Notes: a model not told the origin generated them from the letters alone. A DNA stretch of 64,000 nt from Myxococcota bacterium (GCA_044344255.1 JBIJDH010000010.1:1-64000), one strand, 5' to 3'. Positions 1 through 9,122 are shown, numbered from the stretch's first letter. A program made the numbers and translations.

Positions 1-1487
1 TGCGGCTCAACGAGCTCCAGCCCGCCAATGACTCCACCTACATGACCGAGGACGGCGGCTTCCCCGACTGGGTGGAGCTCTACAACGCCGCCGCGGTCGC
101 CGTGCCCCGCGCCGCCCTCAGCCTCGACGACGGCAGCGGCGCCCGCTGGGAGGGCGGCGAGGGGGCCCTGGCGCCGGGCGAGCGCCTGCTGCTCTTCGCC
201 GACGACGCCGGGGGCGAGGACTCCTTGCCCTTCTCGCTCGACGCCGAGGGCGAGACGCTCACCCTCCGCTTCGGCGACGGTGTGGTCGATGTGGCCACCA
301 CCGACGGCCTGCACCGCGACGCCGCCTGGGCCCGCTTCCCCGACGGCGGCGACTGGGCCGCCACCGCGACGCCCACCCCCGGCGAGGCGAACGGCGAGGC
401 CCCATCCGCCACCGCAGACCCGAGCGAGCTCCTCTTTGACCCGCTGCGCGTGCACCCGCTCGCGCTCACGGTCTCCCCCGAGCAGTGGGCCCTCCTCGAG
501 GCCGACAACTACACATACGTCGAGGCCAGCCTCGAATTCGAGGCCGGGGCCTTCACCCGGGTGGGGCTGCGCAAGAAGTCCACCGTCGGCTCGAACCGCA
601 GCCTCAGCCAGAAGGCGGCCTTCAAGGTCGACCTCAACCTCTTCGAGGACCACCAGCTTCGCGGCGCCGAGACCCTCACCCTCAACAACATGGTGCAGGA
701 CCCCACCTATGTGGCCGAGCACCTCGCGTATACGATGTTCCGCGCCTCGGGGGTCCCCGCGCCCCGATTGACCTACGCCCGCCTCTCGATCAACGGGGTG
801 GACTGGGGCCTCTATGCTCTCGTCGAGAACATCGACGACGCCTTCCTCGACCGCTGGTATGCGGACGGGAGCGGCCACCTCTATGAGGGCGCCTATGGGG
901 TGGACGTGCAGGCCGACGAGGTGCCGAGCTTTGAGTGTGACGAGTGCCCCGAGCCCGAAGACCGCGCAGACCTCTACGCCCTCGCCGCCGCGCTCACCGC
1001 CCCCGCCGACGACGCCGGGCTCGCCGCGGTCGAGGCCCTGATCGACATGGACGAGCTGCTCGCCAACATGGCGGTGGAGACCCTCATCCTCCACTGGGAC
1101 GGCTACACCACCGCCAATAATTATCGGCTCTATCACGACCCCTCGACCGGCCGCTTCCAGATCCTCCCCTGGGGCACCGACCAGACCTTCATCTCCGCCA
1201 GCTATGGCCCCTATCAGACCTACGGCCTCCTGCTGCTTTATTGCTTGCAGAACGCAGGGTGTAAGGCACGTTACGAGGCGGCGCTGCGAGAGGCCGCCGA
1301 CACGATGGACGGCCTCGCGCTGCAGGCCACCTCCGACGCCCTGCGGGCGGCCCTCGCCGCCGACATCGCCACAGACCCCCGCGCCGAGCACAGCGCCGAG
1401 ACCCAGCAGGCCTACCTCGACGCCACCCGCCTCACCCTCGAGACCTGGCCCGCCGCCGTGCGGGCCGCCATCCCGGCTCCCCCGTGA
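1..1487 (+). CDS. CotH-family secreted kinase with N-terminal lamin-tail domain (5' end lies upstream of window)
   Basis: Frame is open from base 3 (RLNELQPAND..PDWVELYN, LTD motif). CotH motifs: 'VGLRKKS..GSNRS', 'FKVDLN', 'LTLNNMVQDPT', 'GVPAPR..YA.LSING..WGLY.LVE', 'HWDGY', 'NNYRLY', 'LPWG.DQTF'. Confidence 0.85.
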   Translation, partial: RLNELQPANDSTYMTEDGGFPDWVELYNAAAVAVPRAALSLDDGSGARWEGGEGALAPGERLLLFADDAGGEDSLPFSLDAEGETLTLRFGDGVVDVATTDGLHRDAAWARFPDGGDWAATATPTPGEANGEAPSATADPSELLFDPLRVHPLALTVSPEQWALLEADNYTYVEASLEFEAGAFTRVGLRKKSTVGSNRSLSQKAAFKVDLNLFEDHQLRGAETLTLNNMVQDPTYVAEHLAYTMFRASGVPAPRLTYARLSINGVDWGLYALVENIDDAFLDRWYADGSGHLYEGAYGVDVQADEVPSFECDECPEPEDRADLYALAAALTAPADDAGLAAVEALIDMDELLANMAVETLILHWDGYTTANNYRLYHDPSTGRFQILPWGTDQTFISASYGPYQTYGLLLLYCLQNAGCKARYEAALREAADTMDGLALQATSDALRAALAADIATDPRAEHSAETQQAYLDATRLTLETWPAAVRAAIPAPP

Positions 1488-1535
1488 CTCGAAGACCGTG
1501 ACCCGAAGACCATGAACCGAACACCATGACGAAGC
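1482..1535 (+). repeat. 14-bp imperfect tandem repeat x3 plus a partial fourth unit, spanning the cotH stop and the tlpA start
   Basis: ccgtgactcgaaga / ccgtgacccgaaga / ccatgaaccgaaca / ccatgacgaagc. Confidence 0.85.
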
Positions 1536-2089
1536 CCGCTCCGCCCGACCGCGCCGCCCCCGACGACCCCGATGACCCCGACCGGAGCCCCCCCGAGGGC
1601 CGCGGCCGGGCCGTGCTCCGCACCCTCCGAGACATCGGCGGCACGCTGCTCTTCGCCGTGGTGCTGCTGATCGTCGTCGGCCGCCTCCGCGCCCCCGACC
1701 TGCCCGAGGCCGCCCCCGCCCTCCGCCTGCCGAGCCTCGCCGGGCCGACCGTCGACCTCAGCGCCCTCCGCGGCGAGCGGGTGCTGGTCAACTTCTGGGC
1801 GACCTGGTGCGGGCCCTGCCGCCTCGAGCTCCCGGCGCTGCTCGCCGCCGACGGGGGAGAGGTGCCCATCCTCTTTGTCTCGGTCGATCACGACCTCGGC
1901 GCGCTCGAGGCCTTCGCCAAGGCCAAGGGGATGCCGCTCGACCGGGTGCTCGTGAGCGACGGCGAGACCCAGGCCCGCTGGGGCGCCGACACGCTGCCCA
2001 CCAGCGTCCTCATCGAGGCCGACGGCAGCGTCGGCGCCGCGCATGCCGGCCTGCTCAGCCCGCCGCAGCTCTGGTGGTGGACCCGCTGA
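1526..2089 (+). CDS. TlpA/ResA-like membrane-anchored thiol-disulfide oxidoreductase
   Basis: One TM segment, then 'VLVNFWATWCGPCRLELP' (WCxxC) and cis-Pro loop 'TLPTSVLI'. Confidence 0.9.
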   Translation: MTKPAPPDRAAPDDPDDPDRSPPEGRGRAVLRTLRDIGGTLLFAVVLLIVVGRLRAPDLPEAAPALRLPSLAGPTVDLSALRGERVLVNFWATWCGPCRLELPALLAADGGEVPILFVSVDHDLGALEAFAKAKGMPLDRVLVSDGETQARWGADTLPTSVLIEADGSVGAAHAGLLSPPQLWWWTR

Positions 2090-2192
2090 GGGGCGCGGCC
2101 TGCCTTATCCATCTCGCGCGGAGCGTAGCGGTTGGGCGCGTGGGCGCCCCGGTCTCCCACGAGGAGACGCCGAGCTCTCCCCGAACGCACCC

Positions 2193-2209
2193 TTGGCACG
2201 ACTCCTGCT
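2193..2209 (+). promoter_or_regulatory. sigma54 (-24/-12) promoter
   Basis: TTGGCACGACTCCTGCT fits TGGCAC-N5-TTGC (one mismatch) with exact GG-N10-GC spacing, about 30 bp before the ATG at 2241. Confidence 0.7.
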
Positions 2210-2240
2210 CCCTCCTCGGCATCCACCCTCCGGAGCCCCG

Positions 2241-5200
2241 ATGGACACCGACACCAACACCGACACGGCCCCCCCACTGGCGCCGCTCGAGCCGCTCGCC
2301 CACCCTGCCCGCCAGCGGGCCGTCCACGCCCTGGGCCGCGCCGCCGCCGCCGGGGATGAGGCCGCCCTGGCCGAGATCCTGGAGCTCGTGACCCACGCCG
2401 AGCCCTGGCGCCGCTGGCTCGGCCTCGTGGGCCTCGCCGCCACCGGCGACTGGGCCGGCCTCCGCTCGGCCACCCACGACCCCTCCCGCCTCGTGCGGGG
2501 CCGCGCCTGGAGCCTCCTGCAGCGCTCCGGCCCCGCCGACGTGCTGGTGGCGGCCCTGCGCGACCACCAGGAGCGCCGCTTCGCGCCCCGGCTCGCCGGC
2601 CTGCTCCTGGTGCGCCGCCCCGACCCCGCCATCGAGGCCCTCGTCGTCGAGCGGGCCACCCCCGAGCGCCCCGACTGGCTCGACCGCCTGCCCTTCTGCA
2701 GCGAGGCCGTCGTGCGGCGCTCGCTCCGCCTCCTCTCCGAGCACGGCAGCCCCCACGCCTGGCAGCGCCTCGCCAGCGCTCACCCGCGGCTCGCCGTCGA
2801 GGCGCTCCGCCCGGTGGCCGGCCTCGGCGTCGACCGGCGCCACGACTGGCGGGTGCGCGCGCTCCTGCCCACCCTCGTCGAGGCTGACCCCGACTGCGCC
2901 CTCGACCTCATCGAGGCCCTCTTCGCCGACGCCGGCCAGGCCCAGCCGATCCGCGCCTCCCTCGCGCGCCTCGCCGTGCTGCGCCCCGGCCGCACCTTCG
3001 ACCTCCTCCGCGCCCGGCAGGCGATGGGCCTCCCCGCCCCCCTCTCCGGCCTCTTCGGCCTCGTCCGCTTCCCGCGCCCCGAGCGGCTCGGCCTCGCCCG
3101 CCTCTGCTGGGCCGTCGAGCACGCCCCGGGCTGCCTCCCCGACGGCCGTGACGGCCGCGGCTGGCTCCCGCACCTCTCCCCGGGCGACCGCACGGCGCTG
3201 GTCCGCCACTGGCTCGCCCGCGGCGCCGGCACCTGGGGCGCCCACCTCTTCGGCTTCACCGACGGCGCCCCCGCCGAGGACCGCGAGCGCGCCTGGCGCC
3301 GCTGGTCCACCGCGGCCCGCGACCAACACGGCTGCATCGCCGTTCACCGCCTGCACGACCTGCCGCGCGACCTGCGCGAGCGGGAGGCCCGCCGTCACCT
3401 CGAGGAGGTCCCCTACCTCACGAGCCGCCCCGAGCTGCGCCGCGCCTACCTCGCGCTCCTGCCCTACGCGGAGGCCGAGCCCCTGCTCCAGGACTGGCTC
3501 CGCCACCCCGAGGGCGCCGAGCGGGCCGTCGGCCTCGGCCTGCTCTACGCCACGGTGCGCCACGACCGCGCCGCCGCCCCCGCCGCCCTCGCCGCCACGC
3601 GCCGCCGGAAGAACGAGCAGGACCCCGTGCGCCTCGCGATGCTCACCGCCCTCGCCGCCCTGCCCGCCGCGCGCTTCCCGGCGGCGCTCCTGCCCGAGCT
3701 CGAGGCGGTGGTCGACGAGGCCCTCGCCGCCGCCGACCTCTCCGCCGCCACCGCCCGCGCCGCCCAGCTCCTCGCCGCGCGGGTGCTCGCCGGCGCCCCC
3801 GAGGCCGGCATGGCGCTCGTGGCGCGGGTCCTCCGCGTGCGCGGCAGCGTCGATGGCGCCGCCCTCGGCGCCCGCCTCTCCATCGCCGACGTGCGCCGGC
3901 TGGACCCCGTGCTCGCCCGGCTGACCGACGACTGGGTGCGCCACGAGCGCGCCGCCGCCGTGCTCACCCTCGTGCAGGGCCTCGGCCCCCGCGCCCGCCA
4001 CATGCGCGCCACCCTCGAGGCGATGGACGGCCTCTGCGCCCTGCCCTCGCTGCCGGTCCTGGGCGCGATGCTCGAGCTGCTCGCCCGCTTCGACCGGCCG
4101 CGCTTCGTCACCCGCGCCCTCGCCCTCTTCGCGGCCGACCCCAGCGTCGCCTGCCTGCCCCGGATCGCCCAGCTCCTCGCCCGCGTGCGCACCGACCTCC
4201 TCGACCCGCTGCTCTCCGGCGCGCCGATGCAGGGCCGCTTCGCCACCGGCCGCCGCCACTGGGTGCTCGACTTCGGCCTCCACCTCGGCGGCTGGACCCC
4301 GGCGCAGCAGGTCCGCTACGCCGCGCAGCTCACCGGCCTCCTCGACGACCCGGACCGGGACGTGCCCACCTGCCGCTGGGCCATCGAGCGCCTCGCCGCG
4401 CTCCGCCTCATCCCCGCCCCCACGCTCGTCCGCTACGCGTCGGACCCCCGCCAACCTGTCCGCGACATCGCCCTCCGCGCCCTGCCCGCCCTCGACGGCG
4501 GCGAGGGCCTGCCCGAGCTCCTCGCCTGCATGGGCGACGATCGCGCCCGCATCGCCGCCTACGCGCTGCGCCGCTGCCTGATGGAGCTGCCGCGCGCCGA
4601 GGTCCTGCCCCGCCTCGCCGCCGTGCCCCTCGACCGCGTGACCGTCGCCAAGGAGGTCATGCGCCTGATGGGCGAGCTCGGCGGCCCCGCCGCCCGCGAC
4701 CCGCTCATCTCGATGGGCCAGCAGAAGCTGCACCGCGACGTGCGCATCGCGCTGCTCCGGGCGCTGTGGGACCACATCGAGCACCCCCCGGCCTGGGCCC
4801 TCCTCGAGGCCGCCGCCCGCGACCCGGACCCGGTCCTCGCCAGCCGGCTCCTCTCGATCCCCATGGGCCGCCTCTCCGAGCAGGCCGACGCCCGCCTCTG
4901 CGGCCTCTTCGCCGAGGTCCTGTCCCGCCCGCAGGCGCTGGCCCGCCTGGGCTTCCTCTCCTTCGTGGGCGCCTCCCCCATCCGCGACCAGCGCCGCGTG
5001 CTGTTCACCGCCCTGCTCCGCCACCTCGGCACCCCCGACCCCGCCGAGGCCGCCCAGGCCCTCGCCGCCGTCCTCGTGCGCATGCAGCCCGCCGAGGTGC
5101 CCCTCGTCACGGGCAAGCTCGCCGGCCTGCTCCCCCGCCGCCCCACCACCGCCGCCCTGCTCGGCCACCTCACCGCCGCCCTCCACCACTGGTCGCCGGC

Positions 5201-5597
5201 CCACCACAAGGCCCTCGCCCAGGCGCTCCTCCCCGCCGTCGAGTCCGAGCGCCTCTCCGCCCAGCTCGCCATCCCCCTGCTCGCGCGGGTGAATGACGAC
5301 CAGGGCTTCGCCGCCGGCCTCGAGCGCCTGTCGGCCCGCGGCCACCTGCACCAGGACGCGATCGCCGCCGCCATCGCCGCCGTCGGCACCTTCGCCTACG
5401 TGGACCGGCTCGCGCTGCGCCTCGCCGCGCAGCGGGACGCGCGCCTCCGCCGGGTGGGCCTGGCGGCGCTCGTCCAGTCGGCCCGACCGGAGAACGGCTG
5501 GACCGCAGAGCGGCGGGCCCTGCTCGCCCGCATGCAGGCCGACCCCGAGGTGGAGGTGGCGGCGCCGGCCGCGTGGGTCTCCCCGCCGCCGGCCTGA
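2241..5597 (+). CDS. Large helical-repeat (HEAT/ARM-like) hypothetical protein
   Basis: Long GC3-rich frame with GGAG SD before ATG 2241 (ORF-track start 2043 probably over-extended). Ala/Leu/Arg-rich HEAT-like segments ('DPSRLVRGRA', 'NEQDPVRLAML', 'HRDVRIALLRAL', 'DPEVEVAAPA'). Confidence 0.7.
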   Translation: MDTDTNTDTAPPLAPLEPLAHPARQRAVHALGRAAAAGDEAALAEILELVTHAEPWRRWLGLVGLAATGDWAGLRSATHDPSRLVRGRAWSLLQRSGPADVLVAALRDHQERRFAPRLAGLLLVRRPDPAIEALVVERATPERPDWLDRLPFCSEAVVRRSLRLLSEHGSPHAWQRLASAHPRLAVEALRPVAGLGVDRRHDWRVRALLPTLVEADPDCALDLIEALFADAGQAQPIRASLARLAVLRPGRTFDLLRARQAMGLPAPLSGLFGLVRFPRPERLGLARLCWAVEHAPGCLPDGRDGRGWLPHLSPGDRTALVRHWLARGAGTWGAHLFGFTDGAPAEDRERAWRRWSTAARDQHGCIAVHRLHDLPRDLREREARRHLEEVPYLTSRPELRRAYLALLPYAEAEPLLQDWLRHPEGAERAVGLGLLYATVRHDRAAAPAALAATRRRKNEQDPVRLAMLTALAALPAARFPAALLPELEAVVDEALAAADLSAATARAAQLLAARVLAGAPEAGMALVARVLRVRGSVDGAALGARLSIADVRRLDPVLARLTDDWVRHERAAAVLTLVQGLGPRARHMRATLEAMDGLCALPSLPVLGAMLELLARFDRPRFVTRALALFAADPSVACLPRIAQLLARVRTDLLDPLLSGAPMQGRFATGRRHWVLDFGLHLGGWTPAQQVRYAAQLTGLLDDPDRDVPTCRWAIERLAALRLIPAPTLVRYASDPRQPVRDIALRALPALDGGEGLPELLACMGDDRARIAAYALRRCLMELPRAEVLPRLAAVPLDRVTVAKEVMRLMGELGGPAARDPLISMGQQKLHRDVRIALLRALWDHIEHPPAWALLEAAARDPDPVLASRLLSIPMGRLSEQADARLCGLFAEVLSRPQALARLGFLSFVGASPIRDQRRVLFTALLRHLGTPDPAEAAQALAAVLVRMQPAEVPLVTGKLAGLLPRRPTTAALLGHLTAALHHWSPAHHKALAQALLPAVESERLSAQLAIPLLARVNDDQGFAAGLERLSARGHLHQDAIAAAIAAVGTFAYVDRLALRLAAQRDARLRRVGLAALVQSARPENGWTAERRALLARMQADPEVEVAAPAAWVSPPPA

Positions 5598-5603
5598 GCC
5601 CCC

Positions 5604-7313
5604 TCAGCGCCGGGGGGCGCTCGCCGAGCGTCGGCGCGGGGCCAGCAGGAGGAGGAGCCCGGCGAGCGCGCCGAGGGCCGAGGCGGGGGCCGGCGTGACG
5701 CTGCAGCCTCCCTTCCCGCCGCCCGCGCCGCCGCCCGCGCCACCGTCTCCGCCGCCGCCGCCGCCGCCGCCATCGCTGCCGTCGCTGCCATCGCCGCCGT
5801 CCCCGCTGCCGCCTGCGTTGGCGCAGTCGGGCTCGGCGGAGAGGGCGGGGTCGGTGTCGTCGCAGTCCTCGGTGACGGCCACGCCGTCGCCGTCCTGATC
5901 GAAGTCATCCGCCCCGTCGCAGTCCTGGTCTTCGCCGTCGTACCAGGCCTCGGCGGCGCCGGGGCTGCGCGCAGGGTCGAGGTCGTCGCAGTCGTCGCCG
6001 CCGTAGTCCTCGGAGGCGTAGCCGTCACCGTCCTGGTCGAAGTCGTCGTCGCCCGCGCAGTCGGTGTCCTCCCCGTCGTACCAGTCGTCCTCGGCGGCGG
6101 GGTTCACCGCGAAGTCGAGGTCATCACAGTCGGGGCCGCCCACCGCGTCCGCCTCGTAGCCATCGCCGTCCTGATCGGCGTCGTTGCCGTCACAGTTCTG
6201 GTCGACCCCGTCGTACCAGACCTCCTCCGCGCCGAGGTTCACGCCGGCGTCGGTGTCGTCACAGTCCTCACCGCCGTGGGCGTCCGACACGCTGCCGTCG
6301 CCGTCTTGATCGAGGTCATCGTCTCCCGCGCAGTCCCCGTCGACCCCGTCATACCAGACCTCCTCCGCACCCGGATAGACCAGGGGGTCGCTGTCGTCGC
6401 AGTCGTCTCCGAAGCAGCGCTCGTCGATGAAGCCGTCCTCGTCTGCGTCGCAGCTCGGACAGGCGCCGACCGCGCCCTCGTAGAGGGCCTGCGCGCCAGA
6501 CTCCTTCTCGGACAGCAGCACGAGGAAGCTCGTCACCAGCGTGTCCCCGGCGGCGAGGCTGCTGGGCGCCGTGTAGCGGATGCCCATGGCGTAATCTTCG
6601 GTCGCCGCGGCGTCGTCGGTGAGGGCGACGTCGGCGTCGGTGTAGTCTTCGTACCAGGCCTCGTAGTGGCCGAGCTCGGTGTTGACCGCGTCACAGGCGC
6701 CAAAGGCGAGGGTCCAGCCCGAGCTGTCCCCCACGCTCTCCACATAATCGCGGTGCCCGTCGCCATCGACGTCCTGCACGTTGTTGTTGGTGTCGTAGGA
6801 GCCGTAGGTGTCGAACTCCTGGTCGGGGTCGGCCCCGAAGAAGACCCGGAGATCGGTGGCGTCGGTGCTGCCGCGGTTGACCACGGAGATCTCGACCAGG
6901 ACCACGCTGCCCGTGACCTCCCAGGACTCCGTCTTGGTGACGACGAGGTCACCCGCCGCGTAGCTGTGGACCGCCGACAGGAGGCTCCCCGAGGAGGCGT
7001 CTGTCGCTGAGTCTGCGACCAGCGTGTCGCCCGAGAAGTCGGCGGTCGCCCACACCTCATTGTCCAGCCCGTCTTGGGTCCAGGCGAGGGTGAGCTGCTG
7101 AAAGGGGGTGCCCGGATAGGTGAAGTCGACCCAGTCGGCGCCGCCGACGAGGAGCTGCAAGCCCACGCCGCTCGCGGGGTCATTCCAATTCCCGTTGTCG
7201 TCGTAGCCGATCTGGACGAGGTCGCCCGAGAGGAGCTCCGCGGCCGCCGCCCCTCGCGGGGTGAGGAGCCCGAGGGTGAGCACCGAGACGGGCAGGATAG
7301 AGCGGCGGAACAT
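5604..7313 (-). CDS. Secreted surface protein with MopE-like/putative metal-binding repeats and a MYXO-CTERM-like sorting tail
   Basis: Signal peptide; about 5 'DxDGDG..DCDD....PGA.E.WYDG.DxDC' repeats; Gly linker; 'GGCSVT..ALGALAGLLLLLAPRRR' tail. Confidence 0.85.
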   Translation of the reverse strand: MFRRSILPVSVLTLGLLTPRGAAAAELLSGDLVQIGYDDNGNWNDPASGVGLQLLVGGADWVDFTYPGTPFQQLTLAWTQDGLDNEVWATADFSGDTLVADSATDASSGSLLSAVHSYAAGDLVVTKTESWEVTGSVVLVEISVVNRGSTDATDLRVFFGADPDQEFDTYGSYDTNNNVQDVDGDGHRDYVESVGDSSGWTLAFGACDAVNTELGHYEAWYEDYTDADVALTDDAAATEDYAMGIRYTAPSSLAAGDTLVTSFLVLLSEKESGAQALYEGAVGACPSCDADEDGFIDERCFGDDCDDSDPLVYPGAEEVWYDGVDGDCAGDDDLDQDGDGSVSDAHGGEDCDDTDAGVNLGAEEVWYDGVDQNCDGNDADQDGDGYEADAVGGPDCDDLDFAVNPAAEDDWYDGEDTDCAGDDDFDQDGDGYASEDYGGDDCDDLDPARSPGAAEAWYDGEDQDCDGADDFDQDGDGVAVTEDCDDTDPALSAEPDCANAGGSGDGGDGSDGSDGGGGGGGGDGGAGGGAGGGKGGCSVTPAPASALGALAGLLLLLAPRRRSASAPRR

Positions 7314-7366
7314 CGGGCATCCGGAGCGAGTAGGGGCCGCCCCTCCTATCCGACTCGTGCCCCGCC

Positions 7367-7423
7367 GGTCACGCTCCCCTCAGGTCACGCCCCCCTCAGG
7401 TCACGACCCCCTCAGGTTACGAT
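7367..7423 (-). repeat. 16-bp tandem repeat x3 plus a partial unit, copying the 3' end and stop of the adjacent gene
   Basis: ggtcacgctcccctca / ggtcacgcccccctca / ggtcacgaccccctca / ggttacgat (plus-strand reading). Confidence 0.85.
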
Positions 7424-8329
7424 CTGCGCGTCGCAGTGGGGGCAGCGGAGCAGGCCCTTGCCCACCCAGACGAAGCGGCCGCCGCAGCTCGGGCAGGCCG
7501 AGCCCTCCTTCAGGGTGGCGGAGTCGCGCGCAAAGAGGACGCCCTCCCGCCAGTCGATCGCGCCGTGGAAGCGCCCGTGGCCGACGTTCTCCTGCACCCA
7601 GCGCCGCACCGCCGGCACCGGGGCGCCGAGCTCTCGCCCGAGGGCCTCGAGGCTGATCCGCCCCGCCGTGCCCACCACCCCGGGGAGGCGACGGATCCCC
7701 TCCTGGTCGAAGTCCTTGCGGAGGGCGAGGCCGCCGCCGCGGTCGACCACCACCGGGAGCCCGCCCGCTTGGATCTCGGCCAGGGTCGCGAGGAGCTGGT
7801 CCTCGCGCAGCCCCGCCTCACCGGCCAGCGCCGCGAAGGGCGCCGCCCCCTCCCGCTCGAGGCGCCCACGGACGAGGGCCACCTGCCCCGGCGCCGTGCC
7901 CGCCCGCACCTGGCCGAAGCCGCGGAGGAGCGACAAGGCCGACAGGAGGCCGATCGCACCGCCAGGGAGCCCGCCACAGCAGACCGCCCCCAGCACCACC
8001 GAGCCGAGCGCGTGCCGATCGACGCCGAGCCCCAGCGCCAGCACGAGGCCCACGCCGGTGGCCGACAGGCCGGCCGCGCCCACCCACAGCCCCCGCGGCA
8101 GGGGCCGAGGGTCGAGCAGGCCCGCCACGACGAAGAGCAGGGCGGCCGGCGCGAGGCCGAGCAGGGCCACGCCGGAGCTGATCCCGCTCGCCAGAGAGCC
8201 CTTGAAGCCGCGGTCAAAGCCCATCACGACCCCGACCACGAGGCCGATCATCACCACGACAACCGCCGCCATGCCCACGACGACGGAGCGCCCGTTCGGG
8301 CGGAGCTCTCGGAGCAGCGCGCGGATCAT
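7412..8329 (-). CDS. Membrane protein with a winged-helix/PCI-like domain and a C-terminal zinc ribbon
   Basis: About 4 N-terminal TM helices; 'RISLEALGRELG...GRFHGAIDWREGVLF'; CPSC...CPHC. Confidence 0.65.
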   Translation of the reverse strand: MIRALLRELRPNGRSVVVGMAAVVVVMIGLVVGVVMGFDRGFKGSLASGISSGVALLGLAPAALLFVVAGLLDPRPLPRGLWVGAAGLSATGVGLVLALGLGVDRHALGSVVLGAVCCGGLPGGAIGLLSALSLLRGFGQVRAGTAPGQVALVRGRLEREGAAPFAALAGEAGLREDQLLATLAEIQAGGLPVVVDRGGGLALRKDFDQEGIRRLPGVVGTAGRISLEALGRELGAPVPAVRRWVQENVGHGRFHGAIDWREGVLFARDSATLKEGSACPSCGGRFVWVGKGLLRCPHCDAQIVT

Positions 8330-8336
8330 GGGCGCC

Positions 8337-9122
8337 TCACGAGCCCACCGCGGGGGAGCGGAGCGGCTTGCGGAAGGCGCGCAGCCAGACCGGCATGCGC
8401 ACCACGCGCGCCCCCGCGTCGGGCCACAGCGTCGCGAGCGGCTCGGCGAATTCAGCGACGATGTCGCGCCCCTCCACCTCCCGGAGGTGGGCCACCGCCG
8501 ACCAGGTGCCGAGGTAGGCGAGGAGCTGCTCGCGGGTCCACTCGAGCTCGAGGGTCAGCGGCGGGCCCTCAAGCTCTGGCCAGGGGAAGGAGAGGGTCCG
8601 GTAGCCGTCGAGCAAGAGCTGGGTGCGGGGCGACCAGTGGGGTTGGAGGGGCCGCAGCAGACGCTCCTCGAGGAGCTGATCGATCTCCGGGCTCATGTTG
8701 AACCAGGCATAGACCGCGGCGAGGAACAGGCCCCCAGGCGCCAGCGCCCGATCGACCGCGGCGTTGAAGGCCTCCCCCGCGAACCAGTGCAGCGCCTGCA
8801 GCACGATCACGGCGTCGGCCAGCGGCTCGTCGGCGAGGAGGGCGCGGTCGAGGGCGAGGGCGTCGGCCACGGCGAGCCGGACGCGGGGGTGGGCGGGGAC
8901 CTGGGCGAGCAGCTCGGCGCTCTGATCGACGGCCAGCACCCGGTCGAAGCGCTCCGCGAGGCCCAGCGCCCCCTGCCCGGGCCCGGTGGCGACGTCGATC
9001 GCGAAGCGCCGGGAGGGGGCCTGCTCGGCCAGCCAGTCAAAGAGGCTGGGCGGCCAGGTGGGGCGGTGGCGAGCGTAGGTCTCTGCCTGTCCGCCGAAGG
9101 AGCGAGAGTGGTCGTAGCGCAT
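8337..9122 (-). CDS. Class I SAM-dependent methyltransferase
   Basis: 'FGGQAETYARHRPTWP', motif I 'DVATGPGQ', 'QALHWF'; likely start ATG 9122. Confidence 0.9.
   Translation of the reverse strand: MRYDHSRSFGGQAETYARHRPTWPPSLFDWLAEQAPSRRFAIDVATGPGQGALGLAERFDRVLAVDQSAELLAQVPAHPRVRLAVADALALDRALLADEPLADAVIVLQALHWFAGEAFNAAVDRALAPGGLFLAAVYAWFNMSPEIDQLLEERLLRPLQPHWSPRTQLLLDGYRTLSFPWPELEGPPLTLELEWTREQLLAYLGTWSAVAHLREVEGRDIVAEFAEPLATLWPDAGARVVRMPVWLRAFRKPLRSPAVGS

Noticed and set aside
2055..5351. Very long opposite-strand or alternate-frame ORFs (also 7074-9182, 35750-38131, 40903-43272, 43263-45782, 44617-47328, 52261-54822, 57451-59961, 58580-62380)
   Set aside because: Shadow ORFs expected in very GC-rich DNA; they overlap genes with clear family motifs and have none of their own
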